Shown: piece by piece, positions 26,341 through 41,744 of the stretch
How positions within the stretch are numbered: the stretch's first letter is position 1
How the letters are laid out: every line of letters starts with the position of its first letter
Program-made: the position numbers and the translations under genes
Source: Eledone cirrhosa
Taxonomy: Eukaryota
Assembly (NCBI GenBank): GCA_964016885.1
Contig: OZ024742.1
Span: 265,298,001 to 265,362,000 of the forward strand
DNA length: 64,000 nt
Reading direction: 5' to 3'
Notes under the pieces: generated by a model
What the model was told of the DNA's origin: nothing
Databases searched by the model: none
The model's input: only the letters and a program-made list of their open reading frames with translations

Positions 26341-27622
26341 AACATCATTTCACCTATCTAGTTAAATTGTGCAAAACTGCGGCCGGTCTGACAGCCGACG
26401 AGGTGAAATCATGTTTGTGTGATATTTTCTCGTTCATTTCCTTCCTTTTCCCTTTTATTCCTATCACCTCTGCGGGCCAATACACTTCTAGCCGCTGATT
26501 TCTGTCATTGTATATATATATATAGTGCCCACACTGTTACAAGTGTTCTGATCTTGTTGCAGTTTTAAGCCTATTTTCCTTCATTCTTATCACTAATTAC
26601 GGATGTCCCCAAATGGTCACAATTAGAACCATTTCCTCGCTTAAAAAGAATGAAAATAATAAACACAACATCGGTCAAAATAGGGCTATCTCCACTAAAA
26701 TGATTGTCATCTTAATCATCATGTTTGGAGTTATGATAACGATGAGGAGGAAGATTTTAATCATCATCCTCATTGTCGTTGTTATCACCATCATCACTGC
26801 CACCACCACTACTGCCGCCATCACCACCATCATCATCATCATTACCTTCATTGTTATCTCATCAATAAAGAAAACTATAGCGACAAAGAGCAACATCATT
26901 AATAGAAATATATAATTTTCCGACTAATATTTAATAAATGTTGTCAAGAAGAATAGTTACACTAAATTTAATCGCCACCTTCAATAGTCGCGGTTTTCCC
27001 CGGTTCATATGAGAAAAAGGCTAAAAGAAAAGATTCTCACTTTAAAAAACTTAAAACTATAATGTAACTCAGTATCACTAACTAAAGCAACAACGACATT
27101 GGCAGCAAACAACCAGTTGTTTTTTATAATATGTGTATATAGAGTCTAATTGCATATAGAATATAATTTCCTTCCATAAGTCTTGAAGGCCTTGAAAAAT
27201 ATCATGGGCGCCCTCCTTTCCTCTCAGTATGAAAAACCATAGACATCTTTACGTATGAGATTGTGCAAGTGCGTGTGTGTGAGAGAGACGGAGAGAGAGA
27301 GCAAAAGAATAGAGACAGAAAGAGGAGAGAAGAGGAGAGAGAGAGTGTGTGTGTGTGTGTGTGTAAATATTCAATTCTGATATATAAATATATCTTTATA
27401 ATAAAACACATTTTCAGTTAACAACGACGTTGTTATAGATATGTTACGGAAAAGGTAATTTGATATCTCTGTCTTTATCCGCCCTCCCCGTATCTCTCTC
27501 TCGCTCACACACACACAGACACATACAAGCACACACAAAATGATCAGACCAGCTGCGATCTCTAGCTATGTATATATCTTCAGTAAATTTAAAAAAATGC
27601 CTATCTATCTATCCCACCCTAT

Positions 27623-27667
<45 letters not shown>

Positions 27668-27896
27668 AATTTATCAATCTGTCTATTTACGCATCCTTCT
27701 ATCTACAAAGCGGTGGATCTATCTACGTACAGACTGTCAGACAGCTATATGTATATATATATATAAATGAAAAGTATAGAAATTGTTGTAGCGAGAAGCT
27801 AACAGTATTCCATTATATATATATAGAGAGAGAGCGAGAGAGAGAGAGAGAGGGGGGGCGAGAGAGCACGTTGGAATTTAGTGATTATATATTTAA

Positions 27897-28087
27897 TAAT
27901 TGTTTCTATTTTTGGCACAAGGTCAGCAATTACCCAGTACATTACTGGAACTTTATTTTACCGACCCCGTAAGGATGAAAGTCAAAGTTAACCTCGGCTG
28001 GATTTGAACTCAGATCATAAAGGGACTTAACTCTATGCTTCAAAGCATGGTGTCCGACTCTCTACGGATACTGCCAATACACCGCCA
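27897..28087 (-). mobile_element. tRNA-derived SINE with Nin/Deu-like core
   Basis: Box A (tggcagtatc), box B (gagttcaaatcc) and core ctttcatccttacggggtcg.taaaataaagt.ccag on the minus strand. Confidence 0.85.
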
Positions 28088-28309
28088 TTTATATTATATA
28101 TTTAATAATGGTTAAAGGAAATATGGAAGGCAATTATATTGAAACTGATTTAAATTAATGTAAAACGAGATACGGTGATAGCAGGGGGGGGGGTATAAGA
28201 GAGAAATCAAGCAAAACCATGTATTCGTGCATATTTATGTAGACTATTGTAATCAAGAAATTAAATATGTTTTTCTATAAACCTCGTCATTTTTACGGGT
28301 ACTCTGTTA

Positions 28310-28393
<84 letters not shown>

Positions 28394-28399
28394 TTTGTA

Positions 28400-28612
28400 T
28401 TTTCCTACATCCGGTAAGCATCTGTGAGCACCAGGTTCTCCTCTGGGCGAGACTCAGGGTTAACCCCCAACTACAGCTGGTAATTCGTTTCAGGTGAGAA
28501 AACTGAACAACGTGAAACTTGCTCAAGGACACAATGATTCGCTCAATTTGAGAATCAAACCCACAGCCTGATGATCTTGGGCTCAACACCCTAATAACTA
28601 GATCACGTGTCT
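28400..28612 (-). mobile_element. tRNA-derived SINE (second family)
   Basis: Reverse complement begins acgtgatctagttattagggtgttg...gggtttgattct...tgtgtccttgagcaag, a typical SINE head and body. Confidence 0.6.
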
Positions 28613-31600
28613 AATGTATATATATATATATATTTATAAATCAATATATATATATATGTGCGCGTGTGTGTGTGTGTGTTTAGCTATCTACATGATATGA
28701 GAGACTCATATCAGTCAAATTTATGGTACGTTTAGTTGACTTATTGGAGCAGTCTGGCTGAATAAGCCTCAGAAGGCGAATCTCGGTGTTTGAGTCAACT
28801 GAGGATGCACAATACACACACCTATCTTTGTGTGTTTATGTATAGCTATGTGTGTTCAAATGTATATGTGTGTGTGTTTTATTGTGTAGTGCGTAATATC
28901 CTTAAGAGTGAAATTAGGGAAACGCGACTCCTTTATTTGCCAGCTGTTACTGTTTCTCTTCATGCACTTCTCCTGCAAACCAAAGAGAAATAAGGTCATC
29001 CTTACATTTTCTTATCTTTACTCACTGAATTTCATTTGGTGAATATTTCTGAGCATATCGGTTGGAATAATTAACTGATAAATTTGATAAATAATATTTA
29101 TTTTAATGTCATGTAACTGGGTTCAAATTATTGACAACTTTCATTATCACAGACTATTTCCTATTATGGCGGGTTTGGTGTGGATTTCTACTTCATCCAA
29201 CATTCTTATCTCATTAATGAATAATTTGGCACTTTTTTGCCTGTGCTTTCTTTACATCAAATATAAGAAATTTAAGCAGAATATAAAGTACCAGTCTAGC
29301 GTGGTGGATTGATACTTTTCGATATCTCTTTTAGTCTTTTGCTTTTTGAGTTTCTCTGTGATGTCATTGGTACCCAGTTATCACAAGACTTTGCCCTTTC
29401 CCTTTAGACAACACTAGTAGTTTCAATAGAGGTGACTTACATGCATGGACTACTGCTGGTTTTAAAAACAAACATTGTTTAAGCCTGGGCCTTAGAGAGG
29501 AACTGTCCATGTGCATATCAACAGTCTCACTAGACATAGGGAAGTCCTAGATAGCTGAATATTAACAGTTTTGAGCATCTGCAAAATCTATGGCCTTTTC
29601 GCCATCTTCTTAAACCAAATAAAATTCTACTTGCTTAGATCTTTCATATTTACGTGCAATTGTTTTTTTTTTACCTTTATGAGATTGTGTTATGCGTGTG
29701 CGAGCGTTTGTGTACAAACGCATGTTTATGTGCATATAGTTTTGTATTTTCCTCGTGAAGTAAGAGAGGTGCCGCATGTGAGCGCACGCGTTATTATTTT
29801 AATGGTTTTATAATTCGGTGTATCTTCTCCACACAGTGAAAATTCTATTAAACAAATATTTTGTTTTTCTTATCTTTCTCAAATAAAAAAAAAAAACGTT
29901 AACTTATGTGTGTATAATCTGATGTATATACAAATGTACATAATTCACACAGTGGCAACAATGTAGACAGCTATTTAGAAAAAATGACGCAGGATTAAAA
30001 AAATGTAGATATGACTATAATAATTGAGTTCAGTTGAATAATATATAACTGATGTAACTCTATTACTTCAATAAAAACGAACAATAACGAACGTACGGAA
30101 ACAACATTACATACGCAAACATAGTGTGAAGCCTGTATTATTTTGATTGTTATTAAAATGTTATTCTTTAAAATAATAAAACTTGTTCTTTTAAAATGTT
30201 ATTCTTGGAAAGAAAAACGCTATTTTCTTAAACATTATTTTTCTAAAAGGTTACTCTTAACAAAACTTGAGATTGTCATTGCTGTTTCAAGACATGAACA
30301 TAACTAGAGATAATTCGAATTATATGGATTTATTCCAACATACAACAAAACGGAGCCTACTAATTCCACTAACAAAGCTTGGATCGACCTAAGGCGACCG
30401 TAATGATATTGCCTTAAGTGCCAAACAGTGGGATCGAGCCCGTAAATAAATGATTGTCTCCAAAAAATCCTATAAGATCTCTGCAAGAAAATAACTTCGG
30501 GAACTACTGTGCTCGGGACTATGTTCTGTGATTGAGGTTAACAGCTGTCACATCGCGACATCTTATAAAAGAAAATGACATAGGATAGTGGAATCCTGGC
30601 TTTCCAAAAGATGGAATATACATGAATCTGCTCGATCAGATTTGACACAAGAACAACAACAATCACAGCATAAACATCTACAACAACAACAACAACAACA
30701 ACAATAACAGCAGCAACAACAAGAACAACAACAACCACAGCGGCGGCAGCGTGTCAAACACATGAACGGGTATACACGTCTCCCTCATTCCTATCCACGC
30801 GTCAACTCATCCATGCGTTGAGATATAGATGCTCACTGAAACTCTTACGCACACACGCGTACAAATACTGTCCCCCTATACACACATATCCTTTAAATTT
30901 TGAACATGTAGCTTATAGTATAGAGAATATGGAATAGGGGATACGTATATCGTCATTCTACGTTTGAAATAAAAATACTCGATTCAATCCCAGTGAAAGG
31001 ATAAGTAAATAGGTCATTATAAAACCAGTCAAGAACATCATTGAAAATCCCAGTCAAAATATATATCCTTGACGTAAAGCTTATTAAGTCGTCAGGACAC
31101 CGTTAGAGGCTTCCTCTTTGAAAGAAAAATCACTTAAATCGCTAGAGTTGATATATAAACACATGCTCACATAAATACACATCTATCCACATGAAAAAAT
31201 TCCAAGTAGCAAGACACACGCACTCGTATTTGGATAGACACACACGTATAGATATACACGCACACACACACGCACGCACCCCGCCCCCATATATATATAG
31301 GAAAGCAGTCAGGACCCTGACGGTGAGCTCCGGACGTTTCGACAGCTAGATCCACAACTCCCAGCCTCGCTCACAACGTCACTGCATCTCACTTAGCGAA
31401 ATTGCCTAGCCATAGTAATATAATCAATCCAGATCTTAGCTAAAGTTAGATCCTGTAACGGAACTAAAACACCGTGTGATCTTTGCACTGCCGAAGCCCT
31501 GGAAATCTTTTACGAAAAATCTGACGCAGTTTCAAGTCGTAAAGTTAAACTGTGTAAAACTATTTTGTATTACAGCATTACAACATTATATCTTAATGAA

Positions 31601-31719
31601 TAGTACGGACGCTATGCGGACGATATACGTCATGATGTGTTAGCTAAGAACAATTTAACTTTTTTACCCAAATTCTATTCATATTTGCACATGTATATAT
31701 GTACATGTATGTGAATGTG

Positions 31720-31776
<57 letters not shown>

Positions 31777-31779
<3 letters not shown>

Positions 31780-31970
31780 AAAAGAGTCAGGACCCCGACG
31801 GCTGAGCTCCGGCCGTTTCGACAGCTAGATCCGAACGGATCTAGCTGTCGAAACGGCCGGAACTCAACCGACGGGGTGCTGTCTCTTTTCCTATTACCTA
31901 CTTTACTACCCTAAGTATTGAGTACTCTGGTGCGTTATGGTCCACCTGGTATCTTACCACACCCTCTTTG

Positions 31971-31972
<2 letters not shown>
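31777..31972 (+). mobile_element. Foldback short element in (TA)n
   Basis: Hairpin centred on ctagatccg-aa-cggatctag; tail shared with 4470-4560, 12690-12780 and 41514-41595. Confidence 0.75.
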
Positions 31973-32053
<81 letters not shown>

Positions 32054-32135
32054 TATATATATTATATATATACATTATGTTAAGTAACATGTATATAACA
32101 ATTTCACAATTAAAGGAATAGCATTTATTACATAA

Positions 32136-32305
32136 CTAGCTGGCCCGTCCGACTGGAGCCCGGTTAGGTATACCTGCCCCCACCACTCCCCTGCAAAGAT
32201 AACACACACCCTCCCGTGTCACATTGTCCTTCCGACTTCTTAGCAAAGGGGAGGAGCTACCGTAGAAATGAGTTTAAAAAGAAAGAGTTAAGCTGTGTTG
32301 TTAAT

Positions 32306-32336
<31 letters not shown>

Positions 32337-32361
32337 CGACCGTCAGCTTTATAAGTATAGA
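32136..32361 (-). mobile_element. Non-autonomous Helitron-like element
   Basis: Minus strand reads A|TCTATACTTATAAAGCTGACG..(TATG)n...GC-rich subterminal region..CTAG|T: TC/CTAG ends inserted between A and T. Confidence 0.7.
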
Positions 32362-32452
32362 TATGTGTATGTGTGTTTGTGTATGTGTGTATGCTTGTGT
32401 CTGTGGGTTTTGTTTTGATGTTATCCGGCAACTGGCGAAATCAGGTGTGAAA

Positions 32453-32503
<51 letters not shown>

Positions 32504-32823
32504 TGTGTGTGTGTGTGTTACTTATGCGAGCGATGACAGATGAAAGATATACCACGGAAATGAACGTTATTTTTCAATCACCGCTACATTTGATCATACA
32601 CATTGTTTATTTCAAAATTATTTTAATGCCGATACTTGATTTAACGTCATTGGAAATTCGGTCACTTGCAGTTCCCTCGTCCCTCTCTCTCTCTCTCTCT
32701 CTCTCTGAAAAACTAACACTTTAATTGTATCTCTCTCTGTCTAACGGCCTATCTCTTTCTTTTCCCTTCCCTCTGTTTTTCTGTCTCTCTCTGTAGATGT
32801 GTGTGTAGTTTTCCTAATCCTTC

Positions 32824-32915
<92 letters not shown>

Positions 32916-32989
32916 TCTCTCCCTCTCTCTCTCTCTCTATGTGTATATATTGGAGGGAGATACGGAAACTAAAACAATGTTGTCATATA

Positions 32990-33167
32990 GAGAGTGAAGA
33001 GCGACAGAGAGAGTAAAGCAGTTAAATTATAATCATAGAGAGGGGGAATGATCTATTAAAGAGAGAGGGAAGAGCAACGGAGAGAGTAAAGCTAAGAAAC
33101 TATAGGGAGGTGTGTAGGATACGTACATAATACATACAAACGACGCTCAGCTTTATAATATTATAGA
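32990..33167 (-). mobile_element. Helitron-like 5' fragment
   Basis: Reverse complement starts TCTATAATATTATAAAGCTGAGCGTCG and matches 5361-5540. Confidence 0.55.
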
Positions 33168-33294
33168 TTGACACGTGTTTCGCCAATCAAAAGGTGAATA
33201 AAATCTAGAAGTCCTAGTGCGATGGGATCTATCGGAAAACTCAATTTCCAATATTTTTACGACGACACATTTTTAAATTCTGAAAAGAAGGTAT

Positions 33295-33887
33295 ACCACG
33301 GTAAAGGCGTCCAATGTTAAGACATGGGAGGTTTAACTTGGGGTTTAACTGGAGTCCGACTCCAGATCAGTGTTCTGGATGATCAACCGGTGACTTCCTA
33401 ATAAGATGCCCTCCTCCACACCTGCTATCAAGAACGCGTCTGGGGATCTCTTCTCCTCAGAGAGGGGCATCCTCGCAAAGTGGTGAGAATACTTTGCTGA
33501 TCTCCTAAACCCGATCACAACAGCATCTTCAGATGTACAAGAGGTGCATCTGGGAGCGGAGAATGTCTCAGGAAAGAATCGCAGGCAAAACCAACAAGCA
33601 GGAAAACCAGGGGTAAACCCCGAGCAGGATGGCTGGATACCATCTATGAGCTTGGCTGGTTTCGCTTGGGGATTCAGCCGGATCAGTTGGAGACAGTTGC
33701 CTCTGACAGACCCGCTGGAAGTAATGTTTGAGGACTCTTCCCTCCACGACCCTCTCAGGAATAAGTGGAAGAAGAAGAAGAAGAAGAAGAAGAAGAAGAA
33801 GAAGAAGAAGAAGAAGAAGAAGAAGAAGAAGAAGAAGAAGAAGAAGAAGAAGAAGAAGAAGAAGAAGAAGAAGAAGAAGAAGAAGAA
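33295..33887 (+). mobile_element. RTE LINE fragment with internal deletion and (GAA)n tail
   Basis: 33300-33560 matches 60650-60910; then jumps to the RTE 3' end (GR/KP..RW); followed by (GAA)n at 33768-33887. Confidence 0.75.
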
Positions 33888-34384
33888 ACTGTTGTTTACT
33901 ACTGCTATGACACATACTCTCTGTCTCTCTCTCCTCTCTAATAGTGCCGTACCCAACAATTCCGTTTGAACCTTTGTTTCCTTATTTAGCGATCTCTACC
34001 ACCAACTAATTCAGTCGATCTCGCCACATCTCCTGCTTGTTATTACTTGTTCCAGGACCCATGCCCCACTAACTTTTATTAATTTCTTCTATTTCTACCC
34101 GTACTTATGTGTGCTGCTTCCGAATGTAATTATTTTCCTGTCCCATATCGTTATGTTGATATTTCTTTTTTGTTTTTCGTTTTTCTTCGTCCAACGTCCG
34201 TTGTGTTTTCTTCCCGAATAACTAACCGTGGGTAGTTATTGATGCGCTGTGGTGAATAGTCCTGTCTTTAAGGCACCTGAAAGTATAATCATCCACTGAA
34301 GACAGTCGATGAGCGGGAGTTGTCCTTGTGTTTGTGTCCACCGAGCTTGCTCTCTCCATATTTCTCCAACGTGTATTTTGAATA

Positions 34385-34461
<77 letters not shown>

Positions 34462-34905
34462 GAGCTTGTATGGTGGACGAGGTTAAAAGGGCTGAGGTCA
34501 GACACATTTCTCTCCGGCCAACAACTGATTATTTTTTTCAAATACCACTTTGGAAGAAGAAACAGGATGGAGAGAGAGGTGCTGTACCCCAGCAAGTTTT
34601 ATGAAAGGTGGGTGAAAGTGGCGAGAATGGCCCGAGTGAATGGGCCTTCTCTCTATATCAGCCTGTAGGTTGAGGAAAAGGAGGAAGAGAGGAAAGGGTT
34701 ACAAACTCTTTGTACTCCTGGAGATGAGGGTTGCACATTTTTTCGGGGGTATGTGTTACCCATATGAAATGTCACCCCCTATTGGGGAAAATTGATTAAT
34801 TTCTAAATTACATTTGTGATAGCATTTTACACGTTTTTATTGTATGTAAACTTCCCCCTTTGTATTTGTCCCCTTCTTTTGTGCCCCTGTGGCTAATAAA
34901 GAAAC
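34462..34905 (+). mobile_element. Tx1 LINE 3' end, directly after (TATC)n
   Basis: WWTRLKGLRSDTFLSGQQL...ERWVKVARMARVNGPSL plus 3' UTR with aataaa. Confidence 0.85.
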
Positions 34906-35150
34906 ATATCTATATGTATGTATATATGTGGTGTCTGTGTGTGTGTGTTTGTGTCCTCCGAGTTTTCTCTCTCCCTCTCTACCTCTCTGTATATATATAT
35001 TTTGTTTGAAATTTACCGACCAAATTGTTTGATTAGTTCTATAGACTAGGCCTGGCAGCTTTCCTCTTATAGAAGTCACGTTATACAGTGGCTGTCTTGG
35101 ACTGCTACCTCGTCACGTTCAGACCTATTCGATGGGATATTTATAACTAA

Positions 35151-35297
35151 ACTCCGTTGAAAATTTGCTCCTCTAGTCCTGGTTGTGTTTATCTTTTCTG
35201 GATGATTTTGGGAATAACGCGCGGCTTCCATGCACGGAGTGTTACATATGCACACTCCAGGCGTGGGGTGTAGTAACGAAACGATGTAGTCCGGAGT
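35151..35297 (+). ncRNA. Putative hammerhead with U3-A8 core and very long stem II
   Basis: actccg-TTGAAAA-tttgct...(~100 nt, including ggagtgt/acactcc hairpin)...agtaac-GAAA-cgatgtag-TC-cggagt; position 10.1-11.1 mismatched. Confidence 0.6.
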
Positions 35298-35569
35298 GAA
35301 AATGATTGCGTCCCCACACATAGTGTGCGATATGATATACAGAATTTTATTTAATAAATACAGGTTCTATAAAATCATGGCGCGAGTGGAAATTCGGTGT
35401 GCTAAGACAAATCGAATTTGTTTGGTTCGATAAATTTATATACATATATATATATATGACAATTAATGGGAAGCAACTGCGTTCTGTTAAGCATCAGCAT
35501 TTTCCTTTTCTCTTCCGATGCCTAATTTATCTTAACATATCTCAAACAACTGAATAGAACATTACTCGC

Positions 35570-38030
35570 CTTCCTATATAACCACTTTGCGCAACTGTTC
35601 GAGCAGAGTGGCGGTGCGTCGAACGGGGCAATGGACTTCGGGTCATACCTCGACGGCCTGCCGCGTCTCTCGAGCATGGACGCCGAGTTCTGCGAAAGAC
35701 CGATCACAACCACTGAGATACGGGATGCTCTGGGCCGGTGCGGGAAACGCAAATCACCCGGTCTAGATGGTCTACCCTATGAGTTTTACATAGGCATGCC
35801 GGACTTGTTATCTGGCGTCCTCGAAGCCGTCTACTGCAACTGGCAGCAGAACGGGAGAATTCCCAGTTCTGCAGGCAGGGGCGTAGTAAGGCTGATCAGG
35901 AAAGATGAGAACAAGGGGGAAGAACTAAGCAACTTTAGGCCCATAACTCTGCTCAACACAGAGTTAAAGATTTTGGCGAAGGTGTTGGCAACGAGCTTGG
36001 CGCTAGTCGTCGAGAACCTGGTGGGAAAAGCGCAAACGTGTGCAATCCCGACCAGGTCCATATACGACAAACTCAACCTCATGCGATACATCATGGAGAG
36101 GGTGGGGTGTAAACGTGGCTTCGGTGGGGATCTGATCAATTTAGATCAGTCTAAGGCGTTCGATAGGTTCGACCATCGATACTTGGAAGCGGTTCTCAAG
36201 GCAGCCGGTTTCGGACCCGTCTTCAGGGGCTGGATCGCCGCAATGCACACCAACATCTGCTTGATGGTCAAGGTGAACGGCTACCTATCTGAACCGTTCG
36301 CAATCACGGGTTCCCCCCGACAGGGATGCTTTCTCTCCTCCATTCTGTACGTACTGACTCTAGAGCCACTACTGCGAAAGTTGGAGCTGCTGCAGGGCAT
36401 CCCGTTTGAACCGGAACTGCGAAAAGCGGCGTCACATTATGCCGACGACGTGACAGTAATGGTGTCGGAAACCTCGGAAATCAGGGCGGTCGGCAACTTA
36501 CTGCAAGAATACGAAAGGATCACAGGAGCAGAACTGAACCCGGACAAGTCTGTCGGTTTGCAACTCGGAACGTGGAAAGGCAAACCGATGCCGTCCGACA
36601 GCGTCCTCGGGCGCTGGACGGACGGACCAGTGAAATTGATCGGGGCCTGGTTCGGTCCGGACCTCCAGGTGGAGAAAAACTGGAACGAGGTCACGGCCAA
36701 GGTATTTGCGCTCACCCAAAAGTGGGCAGAGTGCAAACTATCCTTGAAAGGTCGAGCGGAGGTGGCGAACACTTTCATAGCGTCCGTCGTGCCTTGTCCC
36801 CGTGAACACCTCACCAAGATAGAACGCATGCTCTTCCAGTTCCTTTGGAAGAAGAAGGCTCCACTGGTGAGGAGATCCGTCTGCTGTCAGCACCCTTCCA
36901 ACGTAGGGCTGGGAATGCCGTGGTTGATGATGCGCAAACATGCGCTGTGGCTATGGCATCTACAGGTATTCCTCACCGACCAACCGGTGTAGGCACCGTT
37001 TGTGAGACAGGCCTTCTCGCAACTTGTCTCACTGACGGAACTGCAGTCCTGGGTCAAGCGGAGACCGAAGAAGATGGGCGCCTGGCACATTCAATGCGCT
37101 CAGGCGCTCACAGTCCTCTGTCAAGCGGGCACAGGAATCAGTGGCGACTCCACTTCGACATTCTATAGAGGGTTAGTACGTCATAAGGGCGACGACGTGC
37201 TCGGAAAGACTCTGGTCGTCGAAGACGACGAACTCACCCGTCTGTTTGATAGGACTTTCCGCTCGGGACCTATGGACAACTACCAGAGGTCCCTGGCCTG
37301 CCAGTGCTACTGAGGAGCTCTAACAGTTCGAGATAAGATCTACTAGTACGGGCGCCCCGACAGGGATCCTTCCAAGAGGACGTGTCCAAGATGCGGGCAG
37401 GACATTGAAACTGTCTTGCACGCAATTGTACACTGCCGGGCGTAACCGACCTGTGGAACTACGCAGAACAACTTTCCGCGTATGGGACAAATCCAGTTGA
37501 CTGCCGAGTCCATAGTAAGGATCAAACCGCCAACCTCTTTGAAAAACGAAAGAGAGGCGGTTTTCCTCTGTATAGTGGCTATGGTGAAAGAGGTTATATG
37601 GTGGACGAGATTGAGAAGACTGAGAACAGACGCCTTTATCTCCGGACAACAACTCATTCCCTTCTTTAGGTACCACTTTAGAAGGAGAATCAGAGTGGAG
37701 AGGCACTGCACCCCAGTACATTTACTGAAAGGTGGGTGAACGTGGCAAAAATGGCCCGAGTGATTGGGCCTTCTCTGTATATAAACCTGTAGGTTGAAGA
37801 AGAGAGCAAAAGGAAGAAGGGAGCACTTGCACAACACGCTCCTGAAGTAGAGGGTTGTTCTATCGACGGGGTATTATACAACCCATTTGTGGCACCTCCC
37901 CACTATTGGGGATTTCGATTGTTTAATTTGTTTGTTTCAATATTTTTACACGATTGTATGTAAAATCCCCGGCATGTGTCTTTGTTTTGTCCCCTTTTGT
38001 TGTGCGCCCTTGTGGCAAATAAAGAAATAT
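35570..38030 (+). mobile_element. Tx1/L1-clade LINE, 5'-truncated ORF2 (RT plus zf-RVT), pseudogenised
   Basis: ORF 35631-36992: KSPGLDGLPYEFY, NFRPITLLNTELKILAK, LDQSKAFDR, RQGC.LS..LY, YADDVTV. Stops downstream; 3' UTR ends aataaagaaa. Confidence 0.95.
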
Positions 38031-39439
38031 ATCTATATAAGTACCACTCACCAACCCCCGTTACTGTTAACATAAAGCATTATCTCCTAATAGTAAATCA
38101 TATCCAATGAAATATATGAAACTGAAAGAAAATAATAATGTGAAATAAAACAAAACCTTGAATTATTGATTTATTTTTTCTTAATGGATTATATGTTTAA
38201 TAAATGGCTAAACGTGGTAGACAGAACATTTCTGTGACAATCCTGGTGGGTATCAACAATGATGATCTGGCTTAATGAATAATTTGGATTTTGCCAAAGC
38301 ATTTTTAAAGAAAAACCCAGTACCTAAAACCAATGAACTCTCCTGTGTTTCTGACATGTACACTCGGTAAAGTGGTTAGCCATAGAAAGGGAGGGCATCC
38401 AGCCGTAGAATACATGTCGAACAAAGGATAGAGATGTCTCAAGGACATGATATCCTCCCTAGTACTGGTAATATGATAAAATACGTGCTCTGTGGAGTGT
38501 AATAACGTATATTAATGAGATGAGATCCCGACCCATCTGAGAGATCAAAGTCTCCGATTAACTAAGTACTGATTTTGTTTGTGTCCAATCTTTGCTAGAG
38601 GGTTAACGGGACTTTAAATGATAATTTTATATACCTATGAAAGATTTCTTAATACATATGATGCTATATCTAAATGTATATTTCCTGTATTTAATGCGAA
38701 AATGAAGTTTAAAATACCATTAAGTAGCAAGGATATATATTTATATACCTAGTTCGGAATCTAGTCCATTGCGTTCATGTTTCTCGGGAAAGCCTGCTGT
38801 GGGATACCCATGACCTCAGCTAATGTCAGATAAAGGGTTCTAATCTTATGTATAAAAAACAACTGTATATCAAGTGAAACCAAAGATCTACATATTGAAA
38901 GTATCTCACCAAGTTGCAGGCTATTGAATATTGCACAATATCTTTCGGTTGATAGGACATTAGATGTTCACTGTAGAGATGAATACATATCAACACACGC
39001 CAAATGATACGAACACCATAAATTTTCCGCTTATTTATCCAGTACGCTATCGATTCGCTCATGCATGCTGCTTATCCTGTATACATAAAATATTATTTAA
39101 AACATTCATTGACCAACTTAGGAATATTTCTTCAGTAAATTGACATTGAACCTTTAACATACATCATGGAATGAGAGGGATATATAGGCAAAGAAGCGTG
39201 TGCGCATACACACACACGCACATACAAACACATATATATTTACACACGAACATATATACAAATGCACACATAGATAAAAAGACGTGTTATTGTCTCCTGC
39301 TGTGCGTTTGAACGAGATCAGGTTTTCTTTTTATACTTTTTGCGATCTTTTTGTCGAAATAAATATACATTCCTTTTCTAAATTGTTTCTTTCCTTTCTT
39401 TTTAAATCGCTATTTTCTTATACTATATCCAGAGTGTGT

Positions 39440-39540
39440 GAAGAGAGTTCATTTCTCTGTCAATTCTTCTCTGGTAATAGCTTGGTTGTCACAACCAAGC
39501 TATTACCAGAGAAGGGTGGACAGAGAAATGAACTCTCTTC
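39440..39540. repeat. 101-bp near-perfect hairpin
   Basis: gaagagagttcatttctctgtc....cttctctggtaatagcttggttgt-c-acaaccaagctattaccagagaag....gacagagaaatgaactctcttc. Confidence 0.9.
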
Positions 39541-39606
39541 TCTGAATGAACATGTATGTGAAAATTAATTTTTCTTCCCCTTTTTATTTTATTATTATTA
39601 TTATCA

Positions 39607-39790
39607 GTAGATTGGCAGTATCGGTAGAGGGTCGGGCGCCATGCTTTGTAGCACAGTTACGTCCCTTTACGGACTGAGTTCAAATCCCGCCGAGGTTAAC
39701 TTTGCCTTTCATCCTTACGGGGTCGATAAAATAAAGTACCAGTAATGTACTTGGTAATTGGTGGTCTTGTGCCAAAAGTAGAAACAATTA
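39607..39790 (+). mobile_element. tRNA-derived Nin/Deu-like SINE
   Basis: Same family as 27897-28087; boxes A and B plus core; (tta)n tail. Confidence 0.9.
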
Positions 39791-39964
39791 TTATTATTAT
39801 CACTATTTGTACAAATATGCAACTTAACAATATTCTGTATATCTGCAATTGACAATGCATATAATGCTGAAACCGGTATTTTTTGACTGAAAAAATCTTT
39901 TTCCTTTCTACTATGTGTTTATATATATACACAGACACACACACACATATATATATATATATAG

Positions 39965-40008
<44 letters not shown>

Positions 40009-40041
40009 ATACATATATATATATATATAGAGAGAGAGCGA

Positions 40042-40081
<40 letters not shown>

Positions 40082-40251
40082 CAGTCTTCGCAATTAGAAA
40101 GATGAACAGACTGTTGCACACTTAATTTTAAATTTGATAAAATGTTATTCTTTTATTCTTTTTAATTCTTTTTATTGTAATAATGTCACTTTGACGAATC
40201 AAAGAAGAAAGAAAAACAGATCCTTAAATAGATTTTCCGTGCTATTTCCAA

Positions 40252-40326
<75 letters not shown>

Positions 40327-40824
40327 TTCTCTCTCTGTGTATATATATATATATTTATATACATGTGGGTGTGTGCTTGTGCGTGTGTACTTATGCATAG
40401 ATAGGTACAGAAGTAGTTGGTAGGTAGTTAGATAAATATGTAGTTAGGTAGGTTGGTTGGTTGATTGGGAGGGAAGTTGATGGGTGTGCTGAGTGTCGAT
40501 TTGAAGACTTGCAAATTCCTTTACACTGTATAGCGTATCCAAATAGATTTGACATCATATCTGCCATCAGTAATGTCAGTGATATGAATCGGAACAGCGG
40601 AAGACAGTACAGTCTAATTATTACACCCCCACATAGCGTATGCTCACACACACACACACACACACACAGTCGTGCATACACACATACAGCCACACACTGA
40701 AATACGCTCATAAACATATATAGAGACTTGACAAGACGTTGGAGCAGACACAAAAATAAACATTGCATACAGGTTGATTGCCACACGTGACTTAGTTGTA
40801 TTAAATATATCTTTTTATACGTAT

Positions 40825-41744
<920 letters not shown>

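Noticed and set aside
26613-26915. Hydrophobic I/T-rich ORF resembling a membrane protein
   Set aside because: Derived from degenerate (ATC/ACC)n repeats; no splice or homology support.
28734-28800. CTGAATAA-gcct-caga-aggc-GAAT inside a 10-bp inverted repeat
   Set aside because: Too many core deviations and no proximal stem I.
30304-30800. Possible exon(s), including a poly-Q/N stretch
   Set aside because: Stops interrupt the plus frames; the minus ORFs are short or repeat-derived with no recognisable domain.
38766-38826. Minus-strand CTGAGGT...GAAACATGAA hammerhead relic
   Set aside because: Two invariant positions differ and stems are weak.
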